Virus record (IMG/VR): IMGVR_UViG_3300013126_000015
Coordinates: 22,818 to 86,817 of that record
Direction: 5' to 3' (one strand)
From: a virus
Lineage: Duplodnaviria; Heunggongvirae; Uroviricota; Caudoviricetes
DNA: 64,000 bases
Below are positions 35,217 through 44,801 of the stretch, one piece after another. Position 1 is the first letter of the stretch. Every line of letters starts with the position of its first letter. The position numbers and the translations under genes were made by a program. A model generated the notes under the pieces. It worked only from the letters and a program-made list of their open reading frames with translations. It searched no databases and was not told where the DNA came from.

Positions 35217-35738
35217 TTAAGCCCACCAACTATCATGGTCATGATTGGAATCATATATAATTAATTCTGGTCTGTATTCACCATTATATTGTTTTACATC
35301 TTCTGCAACAATTGCCAATAATGTTGAAATCGCTCCTGTATAATATCTACGATTAATGAAACTTTTATCACTAACTTTTGGATTAAAACTCCATACCCAG
35401 TAGTTATCAGGGGACAATTTGAAAGGATAACTTGTTTCTGCATGGATTTCTAAATAATTTCCAGATGGGATTATCGCTGGAAAGTTTGATTCTTGTTCAA
35501 TTTTGACACGTATAATTTCATAATCCTTTAATGGTAAAAACATTACCTGAGAAAGAATCATTTCAATAAATGATAAATGATTATCGATCATAAAATGTTT
35601 TGTTAACATTTTATCAGTTTGCCATCTACCATTATTGTACAACTTTATTGTAGTTTGCTTCCATCCTTTTGGTGTTATTTCAGGAAAGTTTGTTACTGTC
35701 ACATGAACATGTAAATGTGTTTTATTTGTTGATTTCAT
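35217..35738 (-). CDS. hypothetical protein (173 aa)
   Basis: ORF. Confidence 0.45.
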   Translation of the reverse strand: MKSTNKTHLHVHVTVTNFPEITPKGWKQTTIKLYNNGRWQTDKMLTKHFMIDNHLSFIEMILSQVMFLPLKDYEIIRVKIEQESNFPAIIPSGNYLEIHAETSYPFKLSPDNYWVWSFNPKVSDKSFINRRYYTGAISTLLAIVAEDVKQYNGEYRPELIIYDSNHDHDSWWA

Positions 35739-35750
35739 AAAGATACCAGA

Positions 35751-35990
35751 TTATGTATGTAGTATAAAGTACATCATATCACGTTCTGACTTGAATGTCA
35801 ACTCATAAACCGGGGAGTATTTAGCTTTTTCACATGAGCAATTGAAATGTGATATGAATTCTTCATGTATACCACCAGTTGGCTTATCATATTTTGTTCT
35901 TATAAATTTAGCGGAATTTATTAATGCTGTTCCATTTATTTTAACATAAACTGATAATCCATCATACTTCAAATTTTCTACCATGTTCAT
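35751..35990 (-). CDS. family II-like small protein (...RDMMYFILHT)
   Basis: C-terminal motif. Confidence 0.45.
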   Translation of the reverse strand: MNMVENLKYDGLSVYVKINGTALINSAKFIRTKYDKPTGGIHEEFISHFNCSCEKAKYSPVYELTFKSERDMMYFILHT

Positions 35991-36444
35991 CGATATATTT
36001 TTTTGCAGATATTAATGAGTCTGGAACATACCCAGGATTATATGATATTCTAGTATCATTTTGTTTAAAAAATCTATAAACCAATAACTCATCAACTGCT
36101 GAAAACCAGTGAATGACATTTGGTTCGAGTTTTATTAGTTCCAATTCTTTACAATCGACAATATATAAGAAATCATCACTGTATATGTAAAAAGTGGCAG
36201 TACCTTTCATAATAAATCGCAATTCTTCCCCATCATGGTAATGGATATCTGAATCTACTACTCCAGAGCGATTAAAAAATGTGTCGAATTTTGTATAACC
36301 ATACTTGATAACATCCAAATCTGATTTATCAACTTTCTCATATGGAGTTATGGAAAAAACACCATATAAATCGAATTGTTCACTAGTGCGTAAAACTTGA
36401 TCTATTTTTAATTCAATTGGGTTTATTTTATAAATGATAGCCAT
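35962..36444 (-). CDS. hypothetical protein (160 aa)
   Basis: ORF. Confidence 0.45.
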   Translation of the reverse strand: MAIIYKINPIELKIDQVLRTSEQFDLYGVFSITPYEKVDKSDLDVIKYGYTKFDTFFNRSGVVDSDIHYHDGEELRFIMKGTATFYIYSDDFLYIVDCKELELIKLEPNVIHWFSAVDELLVYRFFKQNDTRISYNPGYVPDSLISAKKYIDEHGRKFEV

Positions 36445-36472
36445 TATTATTCTCCGAATGTACTATTTACTA

Positions 36473-36718
36473 TTATAACCATTTTAATATGAATAATGTT
36501 CTATCAGCTTCATTACGAAAAGAAAATATATCATTGTTTGGCCAACTTCTTGAATACCGTCGCCATCTTTCATCATTATTACCAAAACTAAATTCACACC
36601 ATATTGTCATTTCTTTTAATGCATATTCATTATAGCCGAGATCATGTTTTTCAATAATCTCGGTCATTGATTGCCAATCCAATTCAACAGTGTATTCAGT
36701 ATATACTTTCATGACCAT
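36473..36718 (-). CDS. family II small protein (...ADRTLFILKWL)
   Basis: C-terminal motif. Confidence 0.5.
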   Translation of the reverse strand: MVMKVYTEYTVELDWQSMTEIIEKHDLGYNEYALKEMTIWCEFSFGNNDERWRRYSRSWPNNDIFSFRNEADRTLFILKWL

Positions 36719-36951
36719 TTTATAAAAAATAAGGTTTTGTATTTTTCATTATCAAATATTAATTTAAAATAAGTAATTTCATCAGTAATATATATTGCTT
36801 TATATGGTCTTAACTCAATATCAAGATAATATCTATATGAATTATATTCTTTAAGTTTATCTGGATATGTTTCATACAAATGTGAAATAAAATTATCCCA
36901 TACCGGTATTCTGTTACCATTTCGTCCAACATCAACTGTTACATAAGTCAT
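36709..36951 (-). CDS. family II small protein (...KYKTLFFIKWS)
   Basis: C-terminal motif. Confidence 0.5.
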   Translation of the reverse strand: MTYVTVDVGRNGNRIPVWDNFISHLYETYPDKLKEYNSYRYYLDIELRPYKAIYITDEITYFKLIFDNEKYKTLFFIKWS

Positions 36952-37157
36952 AAGAATTTTAATAAAAATATGGTGTAATGTTTTTCAGAATCAAACGTGA
37001 CAGTGTTATCTCTTCGATTGTATGTAGCATTACACAGTTTTATGAATTCTTCGAACACATTAATACTTTTTCCACTGTTTAAATCAACCAAATTTATAAT
37101 CTTAATTCTAGCATTTTCTGGAATGTCAGCCCAATAAATGGTGTAACTCATCCCCAT
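36948..37157 (-). CDS. family II small protein (...KHYTIFLLKFL)
   Basis: C-terminal motif. Confidence 0.5.
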   Translation of the reverse strand: MGMSYTIYWADIPENARIKIINLVDLNSGKSINVFEEFIKLCNATYNRRDNTVTFDSEKHYTIFLLKFL

Positions 37158-37387
37158 TTCAATACAAATAAATTATAACATGCTTCTGACTGAAATGCAA
37201 TAGCATCCCATTGTCCTTGATCATCTAAAATCATCCACATATTATGCTCTTTCATTTTTCCAAGTAGAAGGTTATCGAAATTAACACTAGCAGAAGGACT
37301 AGCTAAATCGTGGGCATTAAATATAAATCTTTTCCACCATGATGGTATTTCCTCAAAAGACTTATGAGCGAGTTCAACAATATACAT
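37148..37387 (-). CDS. family II small protein (...ACYNLFVLKWG)
   Basis: C-terminal motif. Confidence 0.5.
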   Translation of the reverse strand: MYIVELAHKSFEEIPSWWKRFIFNAHDLASPSASVNFDNLLLGKMKEHNMWMILDDQGQWDAIAFQSEACYNLFVLKWG

Positions 37388-37961
37388 ATTTTAATTGGTC
37401 CAACCGGTGTATCGTTTTCCAAACATCAGTATGATGAACTCCTATACCACCTGCTTCAACCCATTCTCTAATGTTTTCTGAATGATCATCAATTAAAATA
37501 TCATCAGGACTATAAACATATTTGTGTTTTAAGTGTCTACCTAATGTACAATGGACTGGATAATTTGAACCCAATTTGTCTCTAACCCATCTTTCTTTAT
37601 CGATGGCAGAGGATAACAAATATCCAGTTGGGTCTGGGATCGCTGTTAAAAAGAAGATATCATGCGTTTCTTCAAAATGTTTTATTTCATCAAGTAAATA
37701 ATTAACATTTGGTAATACTTCAAACTGATAAAAAATATTTGGTATCTCTTTTGTCAAATGTTTCCAAACATAATCACCACCTAATTCTCGATATGGTTGC
37801 CCAAAATGCTCGATTATGAATTTCTCACAATTTGCCACAACCCCATCACAATCAATCGCCAATCGTGGTCTAATATTATTTTCCATATTGTAATAAAAAT
37901 AGTAGTTTGTCAGATTCTTTTTCAAAAAGAATGCGTTTGAGACCATAGAATACTCTGACAT
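37374..37961 (-). CDS. HAD-family 5'(3')-deoxyribonucleotidase (LAIDCDGVVAN); start uncertain
   Basis: DxDGV HAD motif I. Confidence 0.5.
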   Translation of the reverse strand: MSEYSMVSNAFFLKKNLTNYYFYYNMENNIRPRLAIDCDGVVANCEKFIIEHFGQPYRELGGDYVWKHLTKEIPNIFYQFEVLPNVNYLLDEIKHFEETHDIFFLTAIPDPTGYLLSSAIDKERWVRDKLGSNYPVHCTLGRHLKHKYVYSPDDILIDDHSENIREWVEAGGIGVHHTDVWKTIHRLDQLKYVYC

Positions 37962-38169
37962 ATCCTTTGTGATCTTTCATTGCATACCTCATTAATAATT
38001 TTGTATCATAATCCTCTGATAATTCAAGAGAATACAATTCTGGAAATCTTTCTAGAATCATATTATAGAATGTATCAATAGTTATAAAAGATGCTTCATG
38101 ACTTTCAAATAATGCAGCTTCTATGTTTTTAACAGTGTTATGGTAATCTACCATCGTAAAATAAACCAA
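37876..38169 (-). CDS. family II small protein (...DKLLFLLQYGK)
   Basis: C-terminal motif. Confidence 0.45.
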   Translation of the reverse strand: MVYFTMVDYHNTVKNIEAALFESHEASFITIDTFYNMILERFPELYSLELSEDYDTKLLMRYAMKDHKGYVRVFYGLKRILFEKESDKLLFLLQYGK

Positions 38170-38495
38170 TTATAATCATTGTCATCTCTAAATAAAAACG
38201 TTGAATTTATTTTTTTCCATTCATTTTTTGCATAGTTACTACACCATTCTATACCTTCATCAATTTGGTCTCGTCGCAATGTATGACATTTCCAACCAGA
38301 TTGAACATAAAGTGATACAATTATTTCATTGTCTATTTCTTCCTGCATAGACTTTATAATTTCTTGTTCAATTGAATCATTCAATTCTGGTTCCAAATTT
38401 TTCCAAGTAGTAGACAACATTGTCTGATTCGTAGCGTGGATAGGTTGGTGAACCGGTGTCTTTGAACAATGGGTCTCGTTTGTTGATTCGTCCAT
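38148..38495 (-). CDS. family II small protein (...DYNWFILRW); true start probably internal ATG (38420 or 38348)
   Basis: overlaps next ORF; C-terminal motif. Confidence 0.4.
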   Translation of the reverse strand: MDESTNETHCSKTPVHQPIHATNQTMLSTTWKNLEPELNDSIEQEIIKSMQEEIDNEIIVSLYVQSGWKCHTLRRDQIDEGIEWCSNYAKNEWKKINSTFLFRDDNDYNWFILRW

Positions 38496-38673
38496 GTAGT
38501 AAATACCCTGATTTGAAAGTATGATGATAATTTCTTGCTAATTCTGGATCTTTATAAGTATATTCACCTGATCCATATGATAACCATTTTTTTAATGATT
38601 TTTCACTGGTGAATTTTTTAATGATGGTGTTTTTGCATCGCATGTCAGTGCTTTGTGAGATTCCGTAATACAT
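38377..38673 (-). CDS. hypothetical protein (98 aa) with GGAGA SD
   Basis: ATG 38673, SD 7 nt upstream. Confidence 0.45.
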   Translation of the reverse strand: MYYGISQSTDMRCKNTIIKKFTSEKSLKKWLSYGSGEYTYKDPELARNYHHTFKSGYLLHGRINKRDPLFKDTGSPTYPRYESDNVVYYLEKFGTRIE

Positions 38674-38960
38674 AGTTTGTTCTCCGGCAATGTTTGTATT
38701 TTATATAATAGTTCAACAACTTCTTCTGTAGTTAAATACCCGATAACATCATCTGTTATCGGGGTAGAATAATCTATCTCATAATTGAATTCATCATTCC
38801 AACGTAATACTGCAACTTCATATAATCCTACTGGACCACCATATGTATATTGTCCCTTTATTACGGATGCACCGTACTCATTTTGAAATTTAAATACTAC
38901 CCTGGTTCCTAGACTATCTGTGTGCACTGAATGTCTATATTTTTTTAATATAGTAATCAT
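38592..38960 (-). CDS. hypothetical protein (122 aa); 82-nt out-of-frame overlap with 38377..38673
   Basis: ATGA overlap with upstream gene at 38957-38960. Confidence 0.4.
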   Translation of the reverse strand: MITILKKYRHSVHTDSLGTRVVFKFQNEYGASVIKGQYTYGGPVGLYEVAVLRWNDEFNYEIDYSTPITDDVIGYLTTEEVVELLYKIQTLPENKLCITESHKALTCDAKTPSLKNSPVKNH

Positions 38961-39700
38961 TTTAAGTCCATGAATGCCAATAATCCCAATGCTTTTATTT
39001 CTTCATTGGTTAATTTTGCCATAGCAGATTCAATCAGATTCTTTGAATCACTAGGCAATTCTTTTATCATTTTTTTAGCATTGCTTTTAGTGATAGTTTT
39101 TATATTTACTACAGGAATAGGATTAGGCGTTTTATCATTCATGTAAATATAACAATAATAAACCTTCTTACCATATTTAACTGATTCTTCTATATCCATA
39201 ATACGTTCAAATGGATTCTGTTTATAGAATGATAACGCTTTATTTTTTGACCTGAAACTAACACGATAACCAAAATCAGTGCGTTCGAAACAATCAAACG
39301 GTTCCACCTTTATGTCATTCTTTATCATTGCATCTTTCAGATTGAATAATCCTATATCATATAATTCATCTGTCGTATCAGATACAGAAAAAGTTACCGG
39401 TTGATAAGGTTTATTACTCTCTGTAATAAACAGTGCATATGTTACGTCATCATTATTAAAAGTCAATCCATTATAATATCTAGTCTTCCATGACCAAGAT
39501 GTACCAAACTCCCCTTGCAACTTATATTTTTTTAATATAGATTCTATCTTATCAACATTTTCACGTAAAATGGTTCTATCAGAATCAAAATAAATTCTAA
39601 TCCAAGATGCGTCTTTATAATAATCTATTTTCCAACCATTACGTTGATTCCAGTTATAAGTATTGGTCAATTCAATTGCAAAGTCAGTTACATTAGTCAC
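38957..39700 (-). CDS. hypothetical protein (247 aa)
   Basis: ORF. Confidence 0.5.
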   Translation of the reverse strand: MTNVTDFAIELTNTYNWNQRNGWKIDYYKDASWIRIYFDSDRTILRENVDKIESILKKYKLQGEFGTSWSWKTRYYNGLTFNNDDVTYALFITESNKPYQPVTFSVSDTTDELYDIGLFNLKDAMIKNDIKVEPFDCFERTDFGYRVSFRSKNKALSFYKQNPFERIMDIEESVKYGKKVYYCYIYMNDKTPNPIPVVNIKTITKSNAKKMIKELPSDSKNLIESAMAKLTNEEIKALGLLAFMDLK

Positions 39701-39920
39701 GTGTTATCGTTTCCAAGAAGTTTACATCATCAGTTGCGAATCGTACTGCTTTATGTGGTATAGGTGACCCATATGCAGTAGTTGGATCATCGGTCATTTT
39801 AACAAGCACGGTTCGTTCTGTTAATTCAACAATAGTTACTGCACAAACCTCATCGCGCCCAGGAAGTAATGCATAATATGTAGATCCGACAGTTTTTAAA
39901 ATATTATCTCGTCTGGCCAT
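39693..39920 (-). CDS. hypothetical protein (75 aa)
   Basis: ORF. Confidence 0.4.
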   Translation of the reverse strand: MARRDNILKTVGSTYYALLPGRDEVCAVTIVELTERTVLVKMTDDPTTAYGSPIPHKAVRFATDDVNFLETITRD

Positions 39921-40092
39921 CGTCTTCTACCCATTTAATTGATACATCAAATGTTCCTTTTTGAAATCCATGTCGATCTTGGGGAATTTTGTCGATCAGA
40001 TTGTTGTATCGTGAATCAATCGCTTCTGCAACATCCCGGTATATATCCACGATTGATTCGCCATCATATGTTTTATCAAATAAGGTTAACAT
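39904..40092 (-). CDS. hypothetical protein (62 aa)
   Basis: ORF. Confidence 0.35.
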   Translation of the reverse strand: MLTLFDKTYDGESIVDIYRDVAEAIDSRYNNLIDKIPQDRHGFQKGTFDVSIKWVEDDGQTR

Positions 40093-40409
40093 ACATCATC
40101 CTCGTTATCATTCATATCAAAGTCAACTTCACCGTCTTCTGGATCATAGTAGTCTAATGGATTATATCCAGAAATGGTACCATCACCAAAAACTTCGATA
40201 CATTTTGCAATGAAGTATTGATCTTCGGATTTGATTGTTAAATCACTGTCTTCTAATACACCGTATATTTCAGAATGTTTTCCTAAAATTTCACCAAAGT
40301 AAATCTTTTTCCCGATTACTTTTGCAACGTTTTCTTTGTCAGCGATGAAAACACCGTATACATCGCCCATTCTTTTACAGTCCCAGTGGAACTCATATAT
40401 TGCTTTCAT
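40086..40409 (-). CDS. hypothetical acidic protein (107 aa)
   Basis: ORF. Confidence 0.45.
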   Translation of the reverse strand: MKAIYEFHWDCKRMGDVYGVFIADKENVAKVIGKKIYFGEILGKHSEIYGVLEDSDLTIKSEDQYFIAKCIEVFGDGTISGYNPLDYYDPEDGEVDFDMNDNEDDVC

Positions 40410-40600
40410 GGCCAGTCCTCGTAATGCTCTCGTATGATTTTCATAAGATTTTTTAAATCTTTCCTATATTGATGTATGATTGGATATGGTGAGGTCAAGC
40501 AATGTAAATTATGAGAATTACTAAATTCTTTTACACGCTGTTGTTCGGCATCTAACAAATCGTACAACTGTTTTGCTTCTTCTACATTAAATGATTTCAT
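40406..40600 (-). CDS. hypothetical protein (64 aa)
   Basis: ORF. Confidence 0.4.
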   Translation of the reverse strand: MKSFNVEEAKQLYDLLDAEQQRVKEFSNSHNLHCLTSPYPIIHQYRKDLKNLMKIIREHYEDWP

Positions 40601-40662
40601 CTTTAGTCACTCTCTTTAATTTAAATTCGTTACTTATAACATACCATAATAATATCATATTG

Positions 40663-40929
40663 TCAATCTTTATTTGCAAACCATTCATCTACTGTAAAAA
40701 TATCAGGTGCTAGAAATTTTTTTCCAGAAAAGAAATCACTAGCTTCCCATTGATTACCACCTAGCTCAAAAAATGCAAAATTAGGCCATTTATTTTCGAT
40801 CAAGGCTTTTTTTGCAGCACTTTCGAAATCTACTAAAAAAGCTTCAGGAGATTCATAAACCACCGGATATGATTCTGTATAACTATAAGTACAATCATCT
40901 GTGCAATGAATATTAACTATAAGTCTCAA
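40663..40929 (-). CDS. hypothetical protein (88 aa)
   Basis: ORF. Confidence 0.45.
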   Translation of the reverse strand: MRLIVNIHCTDDCTYSYTESYPVVYESPEAFLVDFESAAKKALIENKWPNFAFFELGGNQWEASDFFSGKKFLAPDIFTVDEWFANKD

Positions 40930-40930
40930 A

Positions 40931-41140
40931 TTATCCCCATCTTAATAAAAATAAATTCGCATGAGCATCGTCTTTAAAATAAAATTCATCGAGTATATTA
41001 TGATTGGAGTCATATGACCAAATTGAGTAATCATCACCAAACGTCCGTTTACACCATTGCCATATCTTTTTTCTATCATTGGTAGGATACACTGAAATAT
41101 CAATCCTAATTACGTATGGTAATCTATAATCTACGTTCAT
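40931..41140 (-). CDS. family II small protein (...HANLFLLRWG)
   Basis: C-terminal motif. Confidence 0.5.
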   Translation of the reverse strand: MNVDYRLPYVIRIDISVYPTNDRKKIWQWCKRTFGDDYSIWSYDSNHNILDEFYFKDDAHANLFLLRWG

Positions 41141-41146
41141 CGCGTG

Positions 41147-41425
41147 TTACCAACGAATGTTCTTCCAGTTCAATTTATTACTTGGAGTATTAAATGCCAT
41201 TATTGCTTTAGACACCCATTCTACTCTAAATATTGCGGCAAATATTACCAATGGTAAAAATAATAACATTGACCACCAAACTCTATTTTCTCCATACCAT
41301 GGTTTTTCAAACACAAAATATGGGTGTATCGCCAAAATACAATCTAATACTACCAAAGCAGTTATAATATATTCATTCATACTATTTTCCTTTCTAATCA
41401 ACGTTTCCACTTTAATAGAAACCAA
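41147..41425 (-). CDS. small membrane protein (92 aa, 2 TM)
   Basis: hydrophobic segments. Confidence 0.45.
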   Translation of the reverse strand: MVSIKVETLIRKENSMNEYIITALVVLDCILAIHPYFVFEKPWYGENRVWWSMLLFLPLVIFAAIFRVEWVSKAIMAFNTPSNKLNWKNIRW

Positions 41426-41592
41426 TTATAATCTTTTTCATCGGTGAACTCGAACCATGAATGTCCAAATAATGAACTAAATCCCCACTTTTCATTTATA
41501 GGACCATAGGTATCTGTACACCACTTTATTATATCATGTTGAACATGATAATAATCTCTATTTAACATGATTTCTAACTTCATGTCGCCCAT
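41398..41592 (-). CDS. family II small protein (...DYNWFLLKWKR)
   Basis: C-terminal motif. Confidence 0.5.
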   Translation of the reverse strand: MGDMKLEIMLNRDYYHVQHDIIKWCTDTYGPINEKWGFSSLFGHSWFEFTDEKDYNWFLLKWKR

Positions 41593-41837
41593 TTTAATAA
41601 AAATAAATTCAACATTTTTTCATTATCACTCCAAACATATATTCCTGGGCACATGACATGTGGAATAGGCACATATGTTATTGGGTGTATTACTGGGTGT
41701 ATTGGGTGGTACCAAATGGTGGAGTCATTGGTTTGGCCACTACACCATTCTTCCATATCCTGTATATCCTGTGGTGTCGCAGTTGGTAATGAATAATGCA
41801 TTCGGTCCATCCCATGAATCATCCATTTGAATAGCAT
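41580..41837 (-). CDS. family II small protein (...MLNLFLLKWAT)
   Basis: C-terminal motif. Confidence 0.5.
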   Translation of the reverse strand: MLFKWMIHGMDRMHYSLPTATPQDIQDMEEWCSGQTNDSTIWYHPIHPVIHPITYVPIPHVMCPGIYVWSDNEKMLNLFLLKWAT

Positions 41838-41840
41838 ACA

Positions 41841-42209
41841 TTATCTATAATGTGTAAATGCATGAACAGAGCAAACAATATTTTCAAAACCCAAAAATTC
41901 TTTTATTTTGTCAGACACATATGATTCTGTTTTAATATCTGTACTTCGGTAATCATTTAGAGAACCATAATTTTTACTTTTTTGTAACACATATCCAACA
42001 TATACATATTCACCATTATACCCATCACTTAAAATACATAAATCATTATGGTGATGAATCCCGTCAAATGCACTATCATGACATTTTCCCTCAAACTCTT
42101 CATATATGTCATCTGGTTCAATATTATGCAACGATGATAATTTCTCATAAAAATCGTCATAGTCAAATTTATGGCCGATCATTACGTAATGATTTTCTTG
42201 TACGCTCAT
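41841..42209 (-). CDS. hypothetical protein (122 aa)
   Basis: ORF. Confidence 0.45.
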   Translation of the reverse strand: MSVQENHYVMIGHKFDYDDFYEKLSSLHNIEPDDIYEEFEGKCHDSAFDGIHHHNDLCILSDGYNGEYVYVGYVLQKSKNYGSLNDYRSTDIKTESYVSDKIKEFLGFENIVCSVHAFTHYR

Positions 42210-42223
42210 GTGTTTGTCCTATA

Positions 42224-42751
42224 TTACCAATTAACTATTACTGGTTTTTTACAGTTTTTAAATGCCCAATTAACCCAGAATTCTAACCATAATAATCTGG
42301 CATAATTTGCATCATATTTGTCTTCATCTGGGGTAATATAATTACCAATTAATGGATCAAATATTGGGAACCCGTCGAATCCTGGTTGGCGAACTGTATT
42401 TTTTTTGTATTTGGTTACTGCATTATTAATTGCATCTACAACATCTTGTGTGATATCAAAATACCCAGGATGGCCACCACGCACGTACTTACCATCATAG
42501 AATACATCAATTATTCCAGTACTATCACAAAATCCAGACCATGCACTATATGATGGATGTCTCGCATTACTCTGGCCTGTTAATCCATCATTTGGGAATA
42601 TAGGTGCTTCATCTAATACCACCGAGTCCGTATCATATGATTCGTATTCTTCAACCTCGGTTACACCTGTTTCATCATCGGTATATTCTTCCCGGAGTTT
42701 CTCTACTTTTAAATTTCCAATCTTAAATGTGTATCCCATATTAAAATGCAC
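42224..42751 (-). CDS. hypothetical protein (175 aa)
   Basis: ORF. Confidence 0.45.
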   Translation of the reverse strand: MHFNMGYTFKIGNLKVEKLREEYTDDETGVTEVEEYESYDTDSVVLDEAPIFPNDGLTGQSNARHPSYSAWSGFCDSTGIIDVFYDGKYVRGGHPGYFDITQDVVDAINNAVTKYKKNTVRQPGFDGFPIFDPLIGNYITPDEDKYDANYARLLWLEFWVNWAFKNCKKPVIVNW

Positions 42752-43805
42752 CCCAATAATTGTAAGTTTTTTCTCTTTTTCTTACTAATGTCAATTTATG
42801 ATTCGAATCATTAACAAATACAAACTTATCTTCACCTGGATTCAGTTCTTTTAAATCATTTGGAGAGTAAGTCGTTTCAATCCACTCACTGTCTTCGTCA
42901 CCTGGATTTTCCATTAGATAATCAATACTAAGATGCCCAGTTAATGGATTACCATGCCAAATGTCAGGTGAAGCATTATCACCTTTGTAAGTTGTACCAT
43001 TAACCGTTAATTCAACGGTATATTGACTTCTGTTGTCAAATTCAGGTTTTGCGTTTAACAATTCAAGTGCTTCTTGCGGAGTTTCATCATATCTATTCAT
43101 TTCTTCAACGATTGCTTTTAACATATCAAAATTGAATTCTACAAACAATGAAGATAATTTTTTCAACGTTTGAATATGTTCTTTATTTTTCAGATTGTCA
43201 TCACAATACTCTTCGATAAATTCTGGTGAAATACCGTTGAATTCGATCATGTAATAAATTCTTCCTGGACGATTTTTCATATGGCTGTCAATACGAAATT
43301 TGTCATTACAGGTAAGAATGAATAATTTTTTTGTTGGGTAAACCCCATCAAGCAAGGTTAGTACGGCTGATTGTTCCTGACTGTTGTATACTTTTTCGAA
43401 TTCATCAAAAATGATGATACATTCCTGCTCAATCATTTGAATAAATTGATTAAAGTCTTCACCACACCATGCCTCATTGACCACAATAGTTGGGATATTA
43501 TTTTCATATCCTTTGATAGATAGACTTTTTGCAAGCAGACTCTTTCCTGAACCTTTTTCACCAGCAAATAAAGCACCAGTTGAAACAGTTCGTGATAAAA
43601 ATGTTGAGAAAATTCGGTCAGTATTGCGGATATTATCCCCATAGCGTTTTCCAGGGAATGAAAAATCATCAATAGTTTCCAGGTAAAAATTACCAAACAT
43701 ATCTTTTTTTACAGTATATGTTCCAACTGGTAAAGTATAATGAAGGTCTACTGCAGCTTCAGCCGATGGTTTATATGTATTACCGGATTTTAAAAAATAT
43801 GTCAT
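42741..43805 (-). CDS. AAA+ family ATPase (Walker A GEKGSGKS, Walker B IIIFDEFE)
   Basis: motifs in translation. Confidence 0.55.
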   Translation of the reverse strand: MTYFLKSGNTYKPSAEAAVDLHYTLPVGTYTVKKDMFGNFYLETIDDFSFPGKRYGDNIRNTDRIFSTFLSRTVSTGALFAGEKGSGKSLLAKSLSIKGYENNIPTIVVNEAWCGEDFNQFIQMIEQECIIIFDEFEKVYNSQEQSAVLTLLDGVYPTKKLFILTCNDKFRIDSHMKNRPGRIYYMIEFNGISPEFIEEYCDDNLKNKEHIQTLKKLSSLFVEFNFDMLKAIVEEMNRYDETPQEALELLNAKPEFDNRSQYTVELTVNGTTYKGDNASPDIWHGNPLTGHLSIDYLMENPGDEDSEWIETTYSPNDLKELNPGEDKFVFVNDSNHKLTLVRKREKTYNYWGAF

Positions 43806-43836
43806 TGTTAGTTCTCAAAAGAATAGTGTAGATTTA

Positions 43837-43865
43837 ATAATACCATAGTCTAGCAACGATGTCAA
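43837..43865 (-). promoter_or_regulatory. sigma70 promoter (TTGACA 43865-43860, 17 nt, TATTAT 43842-43837)
   Basis: read directly. Confidence 0.5.
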
Positions 43866-44783
43866 CTATTCATCTTCATCCCATCGTTTTCGTTCATTCG
43901 CGAGTGCGTCAGTCATTGCAGAAATAAGGACATTATATCCATCATGATCTTGTGATTGACTACCTTGATGTGCCCCTGGTAACCAAGATTTCCTGGTGCT
44001 ATCCATAAAACATGCTACATATCTTGCTTTTAAATGATCTTCTATGATTTTAGTGGCATACTCTATATCATCTTGAATTACTGCTTCATATATTAATCGT
44101 TCGATATAGACCAATCTGCTGAATCGATGGCTGTCACCTTGTATATATTTTGAAACTTTATTTTCATCATCCCAGCCAAAGATAGATGAAAAACTATCAA
44201 AAAATTCAATCTTTACAACGACATCAGATTCTTTTTTATGATAGGCTTGTATTCTTGAAATAAATGTTGGTATATCACCTAAAATGTCAGAAAATTTATA
44301 TTTAATATATGAATTATCATATCCACTGGTTCCTTTTTCGCTGCCAACATAATCAGATTGAACCCAATTTTCAATAATGTGGTCGATGATATCTTTTCTC
44401 ATCATTACCATATTAATGTTGGTATTACCATAATATCCTTTAACAAACAATCTATTTTCATGAATTGATTCAAAAAACAATTCTTCATTAAAGTCTTCAC
44501 GTGTCACTGCAATATCATGATATTGGTTGTCGCCAACTTCTAACTCCACCAAGCTTTTCTTAATAATATCCATTATAAGTGGCAATGCTACACCAGTACA
44601 ATCATAACCAGCACCATAGTCATTATACTTTGCATAGAATGGTAACATTAATGGTTTATAAAATGCAGTAGAGTAACATAAACTGTCAGGGTTTTTTACT
44701 TTTTCCAAGACAAAAACATATACTTCATCATTTTCTTTAATGTGTAGATTTGATATTCCGCAAGTGGCATTCCAACATCCCAT
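43866..44783 (-). CDS. hypothetical protein (305 aa), N-terminal MGCWNATCG
   Basis: ORF. Confidence 0.45.
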   Translation of the reverse strand: MGCWNATCGISNLHIKENDEVYVFVLEKVKNPDSLCYSTAFYKPLMLPFYAKYNDYGAGYDCTGVALPLIMDIIKKSLVELEVGDNQYHDIAVTREDFNEELFFESIHENRLFVKGYYGNTNINMVMMRKDIIDHIIENWVQSDYVGSEKGTSGYDNSYIKYKFSDILGDIPTFISRIQAYHKKESDVVVKIEFFDSFSSIFGWDDENKVSKYIQGDSHRFSRLVYIERLIYEAVIQDDIEYATKIIEDHLKARYVACFMDSTRKSWLPGAHQGSQSQDHDGYNVLISAMTDALANERKRWDEDE

Positions 44784-44801
44784 TATATTTTCCTCGTTTG
44801 T

